The position numbers were made by a program, and so were the translations under genes. This document shows positions 9,380 through 17,417 of a stretch of DNA of 32,000 nucleotides, piece by piece (the first letter of the stretch is position 1; every line of letters begins with the position of its first letter). Location: positions 480 through 32,479 of the forward strand of contig NC_017180.1 in assembly GCF_000175255.2 (NCBI RefSeq), given 5' to 3'. The notes beneath the pieces are model-generated. The model was not told the DNA's origin, made no database searches, and worked only from the letters and a program-made list of their open reading frames with translations. The stretch comes from Zymomonas mobilis subsp. mobilis ATCC 10988 (GTDB lineage: Bacteria; Pseudomonadota; Alphaproteobacteria; Sphingomonadales; Sphingomonadaceae).

Positions 9380-9761
9380 TTGTGATCCACAGGCTTACCG
9401 GTGGAAGATGAGCCTGTGAATGAGTTATTTTTGCCGTCTGAGCGCCTGATAGAGCCAATATCCGCGTTTTTCCTATGAGCTGTGGGTTCTAAACGGGATT
9501 GTCTACGTGATCCTTAACGGCTTCAGTAGAAAGATGCCTCGAAAGTCTATGAGACCGATACCAAGAGCAGCTTGGGTATTCGACAGAATTTTCGCCGCGC
9601 AGGTTGGCTGGTAAAAGCAGCTGATGATTGACGCCACTTCTTCCTGCTTAGAAAAGGGATTTTCTTCATTATATCGGACGGGCAAATAGTAGACAAACTC
9701 GACATTCCACGCCGCATGTGAGGCCCAAGGTCGTCCGATTTGTCTCCTTGACAACAAGAAT
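9380..9761. mobile_element. IS5-family (IS427-group-like) debris, probably two nested fragments
   Basis: Segment 9485-9761 reads, on the minus strand, as a transposase fragment (...LIDFRGIFLLKPLR; compare LLFRGILPVIPP of the IS at 25308-26116). It shares the 13-mer gatgcctcgaaag with that IS. It is bounded by IR-like ends: ggttctaaacggg at 9485 and ccttgacaacaagaatt at 9745. On the plus strand, 9428-9484 reads LPSERLIEPI, like the N-terminus of such transposases. Confidence 0.45.
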
Positions 9762-9843
9762 TATAGGTTTTCATCGAAAACCTTCGAGCGTGTCGCCAAT
9801 TATAATTTTGTCACCATTTAATTTCATCTGTATATTTCTGAAA

Positions 9844-9869
9844 CTTATGATATACATGTATATCATAAG
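9844..9869. promoter_or_regulatory. Perfect 26-bp palindrome, likely the operator of the relBE-like operon
   Basis: cttatgatatacatgtatatcataag is exactly self-complementary. It ends inside the AAGGAG SD, 11 nt before the antitoxin ATG. Confidence 0.6.
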
Positions 9870-9879
9870 GAGTGTTGAA

Positions 9880-10104
9880 ATGTTGGCAATTCGTTTACCA
9901 GAAGAAATTGAAGATCGTCTCAGCCAGCTAGCGAAGGCGACCGGCCGGACCAAAACCTTTTATGCCAGAGAAGCTATACTTCAACATTTGGAAGAGCTGG
10001 AAGATACTTATCTTGCAGAGGCGCGTGCCATCAAAATTCGTTCAGGGAAGACTAAAACTGTTTCTTTAGAAAATGTCATGGCTGAATATGGCTTGGAAAA
10101 TTGA
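9880..10104 (+). CDS. relB: RHH-type antitoxin (RelB/ParD/StbD-like), 74 aa
   Basis: [42 protein letters not shown] is a ribbon-helix-helix N-terminus. An AAGGAG SD lies 8 nt upstream. The longer ORF starting at 9718 is rejected. Confidence 0.8.
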   Translation: MLAIRLPEEIEDRLSQLAKATGRTKTFYAREAILQHLEELEDTYLAEARAIKIRSGKTKTVSLENVMAEYGLEN

Positions 10105-10372
10105 GTTCGATCCAGCCGCTCAAAAAGAGTTAAAAAAATTAGGAACGCAGCCAGCTAAGCGCATCTTAAAATTTTTATCCGAACGTTTGGCTTCAACCGA
10201 TAATCCAAGATCATTAGGTGCTGCTTTAAAGGGGAGCGCTCTAGGCAGCTTATGGAAATATAGGATTGGTGATTATCGCGTCATTGTCGATATTGAAGAT
10301 AAGATGCTGCGTATTTTGGTTGTCAGAATTGGCAACAGAAGAGAAATCTATAAAAAAGTTGTGCGGCACTGA
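10088..10372 (+). CDS. relE: RelE/StbE-family mRNA interferase toxin, 94 aa
   Basis: [18 protein letters not shown]...[34 protein letters not shown] is the typical RelE/ParE fold signature. It overlaps the antitoxin gene by 17 nt. Confidence 0.85.
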   Translation: MAWKIEFDPAAQKELKKLGTQPAKRILKFLSERLASTDNPRSLGAALKGSALGSLWKYRIGDYRVIVDIEDKMLRILVVRIGNRREIYKKVVRH

Positions 10373-10429
10373 TTGATATAACATACAGATAAATAAACGT
10401 TTTTTATATTAATCTATAATGATAGCTTA

Positions 10430-10457
10430 ATATCTATATATCATTATATATAGATAT
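10430..10457. promoter_or_regulatory. Inverted repeat upstream of parA (candidate par operator)
   Basis: atatctatatat-catt-atatatagatat has 12-bp perfect arms and ends 18 nt before the parA ATG. Confidence 0.4.
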
Positions 10458-10474
10458 CATACAAAGGTGTGCAG

Positions 10475-11107
10475 ATGATTTATGGTGTCGTCAATACAAA
10501 GGGTGGCGTTGGCAAAACGACGATAGCTGTCCATCTTGCGGCCTATCTTAGTACCAAAGGAAAAACCCTGCTTATTGATGGAGATCCTCAAGCCAGTTCA
10601 GCTAGTTGGGCTGCATGGCGGCGAGATAGTGACCAGAAATATCCATTCAATCCAACAACAACCTGTCTTACTGGCAAAGCGATTTATAGCGAAGGTCGCG
10701 ACTTATCTTCTGGTTTTATGAATACCGTTATCGATGCCGGAGGGCGTGATACATCCGGATTAAGATCGACATTGCTGTTATGTCAGAAAGCTATCGTTCC
10801 GGTTGGTGCCTCTAATATGGACGCGGCAGCCTTATCTGATCTGTTAGAGGTAATAGATATCGCTCGGGATTATAATTCCGACTTAACGATACATATCTTA
10901 CTTTCTCGGATTGACCCTAGAACCAAAGATTCTGCTGAAATGCTGGCCTTTCTAAAAGATCAAAATTTGACCGTGCTATCCAGTCAAATTTGTGAACGTG
11001 TGGCTTTCCGGCGTGCAATTGGTGAAGGCGCTACTGTGGCAGAAATAAAAAAAGATACTGCGGCTATCACTGAAATAACCCATTTTTTTGAAGAGATCAC
11101 AGCATGA
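10475..11107 (+). CDS. parA: Small ParA-family partition ATPase (type Ib-like, no N-terminal HTH)
   Basis: Deviant Walker [11 protein letters not shown], followed by LIDGDPQ. Size is about 210 aa. The ATG at 10475 lies 7 nt after AAAGG; an in-frame GTG at 10469 is also possible. Confidence 0.9.
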   Translation: MIYGVVNTKGGVGKTTIAVHLAAYLSTKGKTLLIDGDPQASSASWAAWRRDSDQKYPFNPTTTCLTGKAIYSEGRDLSSGFMNTVIDAGGRDTSGLRSTLLLCQKAIVPVGASNMDAAALSDLLEVIDIARDYNSDLTIHILLSRIDPRTKDSAEMLAFLKDQNLTVLSSQICERVAFRRAIGEGATVAEIKKDTAAITEITHFFEEITA

Positions 11108-11379
11108 ATAGAATGAAACGTAAACCCGATGTCAGCAAGTTTCACTTATCTAAAGACCCAGATGATTTTCTAAATGGAGCCATCGCGGATAAGGCTGAAA
11201 AGAAACAATCGAAAGTCGAAGTCAAGAAAACTGAAACGCAGCAGAAAATTTTTCGATTGCCCGTCGATGTTATTAATGCATTGAAATTACATGTTGCTCA
11301 TCAACAGGTCGAAACAGGGCAGAAAATAAGTGAAACGAAAATTGTTGAAAAGCTATTAAGAGAATATTTAAAATTATAG
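11104..11379 (+). CDS. Small partition adaptor / centromere-binding protein, RHH-like C-terminus (ParG/omega-like)
   Basis: 91 aa with its start overlapping the parA stop (ATGA). It has a basic, disordered N-terminus and the C-terminal [42 protein letters not shown], which fits a beta-strand plus two helices. Confidence 0.6.
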   Translation: MNRMKRKPDVSKFHLSKDPDDFLNGAIADKAEKKQSKVEVKKTETQQKIFRLPVDVINALKLHVAHQQVETGQKISETKIVEKLLREYLKL

Positions 11380-11455
11380 CATTATAGCATTATAGCATTA
11401 TAGCATTATAGCATTATAGCATTATAGCATTATAGCATTATAGCATTATAGCATT
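11373..11455. repeat. Ten perfect tandem copies of the octamer ATTATAGC plus a partial eleventh; candidate centromere (parS/parC-like)
   Basis: Direct count gives units at 11373, 11381 ... 11445, then att. The first unit contains the TAG stop of the adaptor gene. Confidence 0.9.
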
Positions 11456-12119
11456 TACTAGAGGTGCGGCTAGAATTTTACACAACAGGTATTTTAACAC
11501 TTTAAAAATTTGGCTCCTCAATAATGATATAGCTTAATGCATGGCGCATCATTTTTCTGAAATCCAAAATCCTATCAATTTAACAGAAAACTAAGTAGAG
11601 ATGTCGCATATAAACAGCGCGAAAATGACATTCGATATCATCAATTTAATAAGAAATCAGATCTATATATATGGGTTAAAATGATAGTCATAGTTGCGAC
11701 TTAAAAATGATATCATGTTATAATGATATTTTGATAACATTATAGATTTATATATAAGTTGTATGACTAACACTGCTATCATATTGGTCAAAAATAACAG
11801 AATATAAGCCTTAATTAGATGATCGGCAGCTTAACGATTTGATGATCATTATTCCTAATATGATATCTATCGATCCCCCCCCATTTTGCTAAAAAATAGA
11901 CAATTTGCTTAAATGCGCTGCCTTGAGATGAAATGAGATGAGGGTTCCAGCTTGTTTTTAGCTATATGCCGCTTTATAAGGCTAAATACGGAGGATTTAG
12001 GGTATGTTTGAGCTGTATCGATTTGAGCAAAAATAGGGGGGCAAATTTACCGGGGGCTTTGGTTGGCATCGAACGCAAGGGGTCTAAAAAAACATTTCTG
12101 AAATAATGTTATAGAACTT

Positions 12120-12203
12120 AAAAAGAGTAAGTTGTTTACTCCCTTTTCTAACGGATACCTCTTTTAAGATTACGCTGCCACTGCCCGCCGGACGGCATCT
12201 GGT
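12120..12203. repeat. Left copy of an approximately 80-bp imperfect direct repeat (partner at 14626-14704)
   Basis: aaaaagagtaagttgtttactcccttttctaacggatacctcttttaag..gctgccactgcccgcc aligns with aaaaaagaagtaagttgtcataccctcttttctaacgagtagtcttttaagccgccactgctcgcc. Roughly three quarters of positions are identical by eye. Confidence 0.6.
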
Positions 12204-12322
12204 TCTTTCCATAAAATCTTCAATAGCATCCTGATGGCAGGATCGAGAGCCACGCGTCCCTGTTCCCAATCCTGCCAAGTAGCGAGCGGTATGCCCATCA
12301 GATCAGCGGGACCTTTTCTAGA
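12170..12322 (-). pseudogene. 5'-truncated XRE-type HTH antitoxin-like gene fragment
   Basis: The minus frame reads SRKGPADLMGIPLATWQDWEQGRVALDPAIRMLLKILWKEPDAVRRAVAA*. It is paralogous to the C-terminal half of the intact gene at 20129-20410 (...VGTLRDWEQTRSTAPDYAIAYVKVISLHPEMVAEAVAA*). A stop codon lies immediately upstream and the N-terminal half is absent. Confidence 0.55.
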
Positions 12323-12635
12323 TTATACTCAAAGCGTGTTGGACAGTCTTAGTCGCCGGATATACATTGGAAAATGTTTCCTTATCTGTGCCGTCTACAT
12401 CTACCCGATGGAGAATATCTTACATCAATCGTATTCGATAGCCATTCTCGATCTACATGGTCGCCCAAATAATGGATATTTGGCTATTCACTAACTATTT
12501 TATTTTTAACTTATAAGAGACTACAATATTATTTTAATTAAACATAGTTACCAGATAATAGATGATAAAATACATCATTCAAATTATGGTACGATATATT
12601 ATAATATTGAGTGATATAAATAGGAAATATTATTT

Positions 12636-14234
12636 ATGCATCTACTAAGCGCTCATATTACTAATTTTCGCCGCTTTGCTGATTTAACTATCAAAGAAAT
12701 ACCTAAAACAGCAAAACTAGTAGTGTTGGCTGGACCGAATGGATCTGGTAAATCATCATTTTTTGATGCCCTTCTTCTTCGATATCGTCTTGACAGTCAT
12801 TTCGGTTGGAATGGCGATCAAAAATATTATAATCGACAACACAGTGAGACAGCTACTTGGGATAAGAGAATTACTGTTGAAACAGACTGTGGTAATACTT
12901 TGAATCGAGGTAACGTTTATGTTCGTACAGCCTATCGAAACGATCCAGATTTTCAAACAACGGGTCTAACACGCCAAGAGAATATCCTCGACAACCCTCC
13001 TCTTCATCGTATGATTGAAGCTGATGCTACTGTCAGTGTGAACTATCAGCGCTTGGCATCACAAGCAATGGAAGATGTTTTTCAAAAAGAATCTCCTACC
13101 ACAACTATAGGACAATTTCGTGAAAACTTAATAGGTAAGATCGGAGTATCATTGAATCGATTGTTCTTAGATCTGAATCTAATTAGTGTAGGTAATCCAG
13201 TAGATCATGGTACCTTTGAATTTAGCAAGGGGATGTCAAAGAAATTTGAATACAAAAACCTATCTGCTGGTGAAAAGGCTGCTTTTGATCTTATTCTTGA
13301 CCTTGTCGTTAAGCGAGATAGCTATAATAACGCAATATACTGTATCGATGAGCCTGAAACACATATGAATACACGGCTGCAGGCTGCTCTTCTCAAAGAA
13401 CTTGTTGAATTAATTCCAGATAACTCCCAGCTCTGGATCGCATCACACTCAATAGGAATGATGCGAAAAGCACGTGAAATGTATGATGCTGATCCTTCAT
13501 CTGTAGCGTTTATCGACTTCAGTGGAGTTGATTTAGACGAACCTGTCGTGCTGACACCAACAAAGCCAACACGCGCATTCTGGAGGAATGTTATGCATGT
13601 TGCGCTTGATGACCTAGCCGAACTAATCGCACCTAAGCAGGTCATCATTTGCGAAGGTAATCCATCTGGAAATGTGCCGCGAAAAAATTCAAATCATGAT
13701 GCTGAAATTTATGGAGCAATTTTTGCTGAAGAATTTCCTGATGCTACTTTTATTTCAGCCGGTAATTCGAAAGAGGTGCAGAATGATTTTATAGGTTTGG
13801 CCGCTGTATTACCGAAACTGGCTACGGGTATAGAAATTATCCGTCTTATAGATCGTGATGATTATACAATTGAAGATATTAACGATTTTAAAAATAAAGG
13901 TATCCAAGTATTAAGCCAACGCCATATTGAATCCTACCTTTATGATGACGAAGTGCTGATTGCTTTGTGTAACTCCGTTGAAAAACCTGAAAAGAGTGCT
14001 GATCTCATAGATGAAAAGAGAAAAATTATCGACGAGATAGTAAAAAATGGAGCTCTAAGTGATGATATAAAAAAAGCTGCCGGAAAATTATCTGTCAAGG
14101 CCAAGAAAATATTGGAGCTAAGACAAGCTGGGAATGACACCCCTGGCTTCGAGCGTAATACACTTTCAAAAATCATTAAACCAAATATGGGCATCTATAA
14201 AAAATTAAGATTTGATATATTTGGCTTGAGATGA
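12636..14234 (+). CDS. ABC/SMC-type ATPase fused to a C-terminal TOPRIM/DUF4435-like domain (OLD-family / fused PARIS-like defence candidate), 532 aa
   Basis: ATPase motifs: Walker A GPNGSGKSS, ABC signature LSAGEKAAF, Walker B AIYCIDEPETHMN and H-loop IASHS. The C-terminal 200 aa carry VIICEG ... DAEIYGAIF ... ISAGNSKEV ... IRLIDRDD, which is the E...G...DxD TOPRIM pattern. Confidence 0.75.
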   Translation: MHLLSAHITNFRRFADLTIKEIPKTAKLVVLAGPNGSGKSSFFDALLLRYRLDSHFGWNGDQKYYNRQHSETATWDKRITVETDCGNTLNRGNVYVRTAYRNDPDFQTTGLTRQENILDNPPLHRMIEADATVSVNYQRLASQAMEDVFQKESPTTTIGQFRENLIGKIGVSLNRLFLDLNLISVGNPVDHGTFEFSKGMSKKFEYKNLSAGEKAAFDLILDLVVKRDSYNNAIYCIDEPETHMNTRLQAALLKELVELIPDNSQLWIASHSIGMMRKAREMYDADPSSVAFIDFSGVDLDEPVVLTPTKPTRAFWRNVMHVALDDLAELIAPKQVIICEGNPSGNVPRKNSNHDAEIYGAIFAEEFPDATFISAGNSKEVQNDFIGLAAVLPKLATGIEIIRLIDRDDYTIEDINDFKNKGIQVLSQRHIESYLYDDEVLIALCNSVEKPEKSADLIDEKRKIIDEIVKNGALSDDIKKAAGKLSVKAKKILELRQAGNDTPGFERNTLSKIIKPNMGIYKKLRFDIFGLR

Positions 14235-14625
14235 CCTGTTAGCACTTGAATTTTAATTTATATTGTAGAGATAGACAGAAGAGACACGAATTTCCTTTTA
14301 CCGATGAAACCTAGTCAGTCTGGGTACACCCAGTTGGGAAAAACAGCTTTTGACAAGCGTGGATTCGACACCTTTAGGGATACTGATGTTGCCCCTTTAC
14401 CTAGTGAAAAGCAGATCATAGGTAGTCAAATATACGTCTACGTCGCAGGCCGCTTAAAATATCCCAGCGGGAATTCTCGCGGATGTTCCATTTATCTTTT
14501 TTAACGTTGGTTGATTAGGAGTAAGGCCGGAAAAAGTTAAATGCAGCTTTTTTGAATTACTTAGCTTTAATCAAGATTCTATACGTCAAATAATAGAATG
14601 GCTCATGAATAATGCAGCTTAAAAT

Positions 14626-14704
14626 AAAAAAGAAGTAAGTTGTCATACCCTCTTTTCTAACGAGTAGTCTTTTAAGCCGCCACTGCTCGCCAGGCAGTGG
14701 CTGG
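14626..14704. repeat. Right copy of the approximately 80-bp direct repeat (partner at 12120-12203)
   Basis: See the left copy. The minus strand here ends a short frame ...FGPATAWRAVAA* (stop at 14672-14674). This is the same C-terminal ending as the antitoxin fragments. Confidence 0.6.
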
Positions 14705-14975
14705 ACCAAAAACTGTATCTTCATCAGTGGTCGTAGTCAGTCGTTTACGGTCAACACGGCCACTATAAATACCTAAATCTTTAAACAAGGTGCCAGTATC
14801 TTTAAACACTTTTACTTTTCCTGATTACAATTCAATAATATATTTTTTGCTATTAGTGTTTTTTCTGGAAGAGATTAACGTTGCTCATTGGTGATTTTAT
14901 CCATAAGCAAGCGGATATCCTTCGAAAGACTAAAGTCCCTTTGTCCTAACGCTTATCAACTGGCCTATACCTTAA

Positions 14976-15242
14976 TCAAAACAACTCTGAATGAGATCCT
15001 AGCCGCACCAAATGAAGGGTGTATTCGTCAGGCTTCCGGTAAATTAAAAGCAAATTAGGCTTAATGTGACATTCCCGATGGTCATTCCAGTTTCCCGTCA
15101 ACGAATGATCCTTCAAACGAGGAGCTAGCATAACGTCACTGGCTAGATGGGTAACGACAGGAATAAAATATTTATCTAACTGCGGATCTGACTTTCGTTC
15201 TCTTTTGTAATCGCGTTTAAATTGAGATGTTCGCTCAATCAT
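14976..15242 (-). CDS. yafQ: YafQ/RelE-family toxin
   Basis: MIERTSQFKRDYKRERK...LKDHSLTGNWNDHRECHIKPNLLLIYRKPDEYTLHLVRLGSHSELF closely follows the YafQ pattern. The start at 15242 overlaps the dinJ stop by 8 nt. In-frame ATGs also occur at 15248 and 15257. Confidence 0.85.
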   Translation of the reverse strand: MIERTSQFKRDYKRERKSDPQLDKYFIPVVTHLASDVMLAPRLKDHSLTGNWNDHRECHIKPNLLLIYRKPDEYTLHLVRLGSHSELF

Positions 15243-15498
15243 CCGCATGAAGGTCATCCATCAGAGATTGAACACTGTCGAACTTTTTCATTTTACCGGC
15301 ACGCGCGTCTTTCATGGCAGCCAATGTCTTTTTGTTTGGAGTCAAAGGGTCAAAAGGCAGAGCTTTTTCTTGAACGACTTTTGTCAGCATCATGCGGACA
15401 GCATCAGATACCGTCAGACCAATGCTTTCTAATATAACAGCAGCCTCCTGTTTTATCTGTCCGTTAATGCGAGCCTGTACGAGCTGATTAGCTGCCAT
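15235..15498 (-). CDS. dinJ: DinJ/RelB-family antitoxin
   Basis: MAANQLVQARINGQIKQEAAVILESIGLTVSDAVRMMLTKVVQEKALPFD is the typical DinJ RHH N-terminus. It lies immediately upstream of the toxin. Confidence 0.85.
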   Translation of the reverse strand: MAANQLVQARINGQIKQEAAVILESIGLTVSDAVRMMLTKVVQEKALPFDPLTPNKKTLAAMKDARAGKMKKFDSVQSLMDDLHADD

Positions 15499-15673
15499 TA
15501 CTTCCTCCTATATGAATGACAATGTAATACATGTTATCATTTATATAGCTTTTTAGAAAGCATCATTCCTCTTTTAAAGCTGCATGTGCCGCAGTGAATA
15601 AAAACTTCCCCCTGTTGGAAAATAGCCAATATAGAATTGGGAATTGGCTATTCAGGGGGCCTGAATTTATGAT

Positions 15674-16126
15674 TTAACTGAGGAACATCCCTACTTCTTT
15701 TATGCCTTTAGGGAGATTCTTCGCCAAGCTGGATGCAATACGGTATTTAGAATCCCATGGGATATGGTCTTCCATGGGTGCTAAAAGCCCAATAAGTATT
15801 TTCTTAAGAGAAGATTCATCAGGTAAAAAAGTCTTACCGTTACAATCGAATGTCTGCGGTTTTTGGTAAACCTTACCAAGCAATTTCGGAGGGTTCTCTT
15901 CGAAAGCCTGTTCAACAAATTGTAGCCAAGATGGGACACTTTTCATGTGTCCCAGTTCCAAATAGGAAATCGACTGCTGTTTTAAGTCAATCTGAACATT
16001 GTTAGCTTTGGCAACCTGAGTAGCCTTTTCCGCCAGCACTCGCGTACTCCAGTCTCTCAACAGGCGTTCTTGGCGAACCCAGTTCCGGATGTAATCGATT
16101 TGGTCTGACTTTTTCATAACATGCAT
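15674..16126 (-). CDS. Hypothetical protein with a probable N-terminal HTH (Cro/CI-like) segment
   Basis: 150-aa ORF. WSTRVLAEKATQVAKANNVQIDLKQQSISYLELG resembles an XRE-type HTH. It is divergent from the ogr-like gene across a very AT-rich spacer. An alternative start lies at 16117. Confidence 0.5.
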   Translation of the reverse strand: MHVMKKSDQIDYIRNWVRQERLLRDWSTRVLAEKATQVAKANNVQIDLKQQSISYLELGHMKSVPSWLQFVEQAFEENPPKLLGKVYQKPQTFDCNGKTFLPDESSLKKILIGLLAPMEDHIPWDSKYRIASSLAKNLPKGIKEVGMFLS

Positions 16127-16373
16127 GTTTTACAACCGCTTCAAAAGCGTTTGTTAATCAATGTATGTGTGACTGAATTGTTAATTTTTTATTTTTTTAC
16201 AAAATTCAATAATTAAATTGAAAAATACAAAATAATTACATATGAACAACAAATATAAGGTTACGACTCTAATTACGACTCTGTCAGTAGAGGCATTTTA
16301 GACAGCAATATGTATTATTTTTCAATAAAAATTTTACAAAGAATCTTTGTAGATTTTAATTGCGGGCAAGCTG

Positions 16374-16652
16374 ATGACAAATAAATCAGTTACATTGCAG
16401 GCTCATAAATTATCGGCAGATATTCCCTCAGGATATTGTCCTTATTGCGGCTCGCGCGTGCATGTCTTGTCTAGTCACATGCAATCGGATTTGATCCGAG
16501 ACAGTTATGTTGAATGTAATAACAAGCGGTGCGGTCACCGCTTTGTATTGCAGATTTCATTCATTCACACAGTTGAAGAGCCAAAGTTTTTTGAGATCTC
16601 GCTGAATCTTCCGAAATCTCCGAAATTAAAGGCGCGTCAAAATGACAATTAA
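16374..16652 (+). CDS. Ogr/Delta-like zinc-finger transcription factor
   Basis: CPYC-x22-CNNKRC gives the exact C-x2-C-x22-C-x4-C spacing of the P2 Ogr / P4 Delta family. The context SxxxxxxxxRDSYVECNNxxCGHRF also fits. Confidence 0.8.
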   Translation: MTNKSVTLQAHKLSADIPSGYCPYCGSRVHVLSSHMQSDLIRDSYVECNNKRCGHRFVLQISFIHTVEEPKFFEISLNLPKSPKLKARQNDN

Positions 16653-16959
16653 AACAGCCGAAAATATGCCTTCTGTGGTCGATGGCGAGATCAGCACATT
16701 CAAGCAGAAGATTAGTAACGCCATGTATCTTTATATGGGGCAGATGGAATGTGGCCTTCGCCTGTTGATGGATCGCTTGGAAGGTATTCGTCGGGCAGAA
16801 GAGACCCGCTCTTATGCTTTACTGGAAAATGTCTCAAAAGATGAATTCATAAGATTTAATACTGAAATATTAAGTCTTATCGAGGTGATTAAGCGTTCGG
16901 CAACTACGGCCAATGAAGGCTTGAATAGCTTTATCCAAAACTTTGGTTCGTCTTTATGA
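16642..16959 (+). CDS. Hypothetical protein (105 aa), translationally coupled to the ogr-like gene
   Basis: The start overlaps the upstream stop by 11 nt. The composition is protein-like and no family was recognised. Confidence 0.45.
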   Translation: MTIKTAENMPSVVDGEISTFKQKISNAMYLYMGQMECGLRLLMDRLEGIRRAEETRSYALLENVSKDEFIRFNTEILSLIEVIKRSATTANEGLNSFIQNFGSSL

Positions 16960-17083
16960 CCCATTGTTTTTTCAGCCTTTCCTATTTGGAAAAGACCTGT
17001 TCTGTTTCCGTCAGTTCTAACCTTGGGTTTCTGGCCGATGCCTATTCGGCAACCCCTCATCTTCTCATTGGAGAGACCGTCTT

Positions 17084-17335
17084 ATGAGTTCTATTCATGC
17101 GACCGAAGAGCTGACTGAAAAGCTCCAATCCATTATCAGCCTTGAAGAAGAAAAGGCGCGTTTGGATGACCAGATTGCCGAAGCCTATCGTGATCTGAAA
17201 GGTCAAAAATACGACATCAAGAAGGCGAAGTTTGCGGTTAGCCGTTCGCGGAAAGGTCATCCTGAAAACTCTATTCGTATTCTGATCAACCAGATCGTCA
17301 ATGATCGGGCGATGAGCCGGAAGCTTGTTCCGTGA
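17084..17335 (+). CDS. DUF2312 / GapR-like small DNA-binding protein
   Basis: LQSIISLEEEKARLDDQIAEAYRDLKGQKYDIKKAKFAVSRSRK matches the UPF0335/GapR pattern (ERIERLEEEK...VYAEAK..GFD.KA.R). A GGAGAG SD lies upstream. Confidence 0.7.
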   Translation: MSSIHATEELTEKLQSIISLEEEKARLDDQIAEAYRDLKGQKYDIKKAKFAVSRSRKGHPENSIRILINQIVNDRAMSRKLVP

Positions 17336-17384
17336 TCAGAACCGGCATCCCCTTTCTCTATCTCTCTATCTCAAATTCAGGCCT

Positions 17385-17417
17385 GCCACAGCGGAGAATC
17401 TTCGCTGTGGCTTTTTT
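17385..17417 (+). terminator. Rho-independent terminator after the GapR-like gene
   Basis: 9-bp GC-rich stem gccacagcg / cgctgtggc with a 9-nt loop, followed by T6. Confidence 0.8.

Noticed and set aside
9718-9879. N-terminal extension of the relB-like ORF (128-aa version)
   Set aside because: The extension covers the IS remnant end and the operator palindrome. The internal ATG at 9880 has a perfect AAGGAG SD and gives a normal-length RHH antitoxin.
11373-11455. Possible CRISPR array
   Set aside because: The units are only 8 bp and contiguous, with no spacers, and no cas genes are present. This is a simple tandem repeat.
14304-14504. 66-aa ORF downstream of the ATPase-TOPRIM gene
   Set aside because: It has no SD and no family features, and it lies in a region that looks like decayed intergenic sequence.
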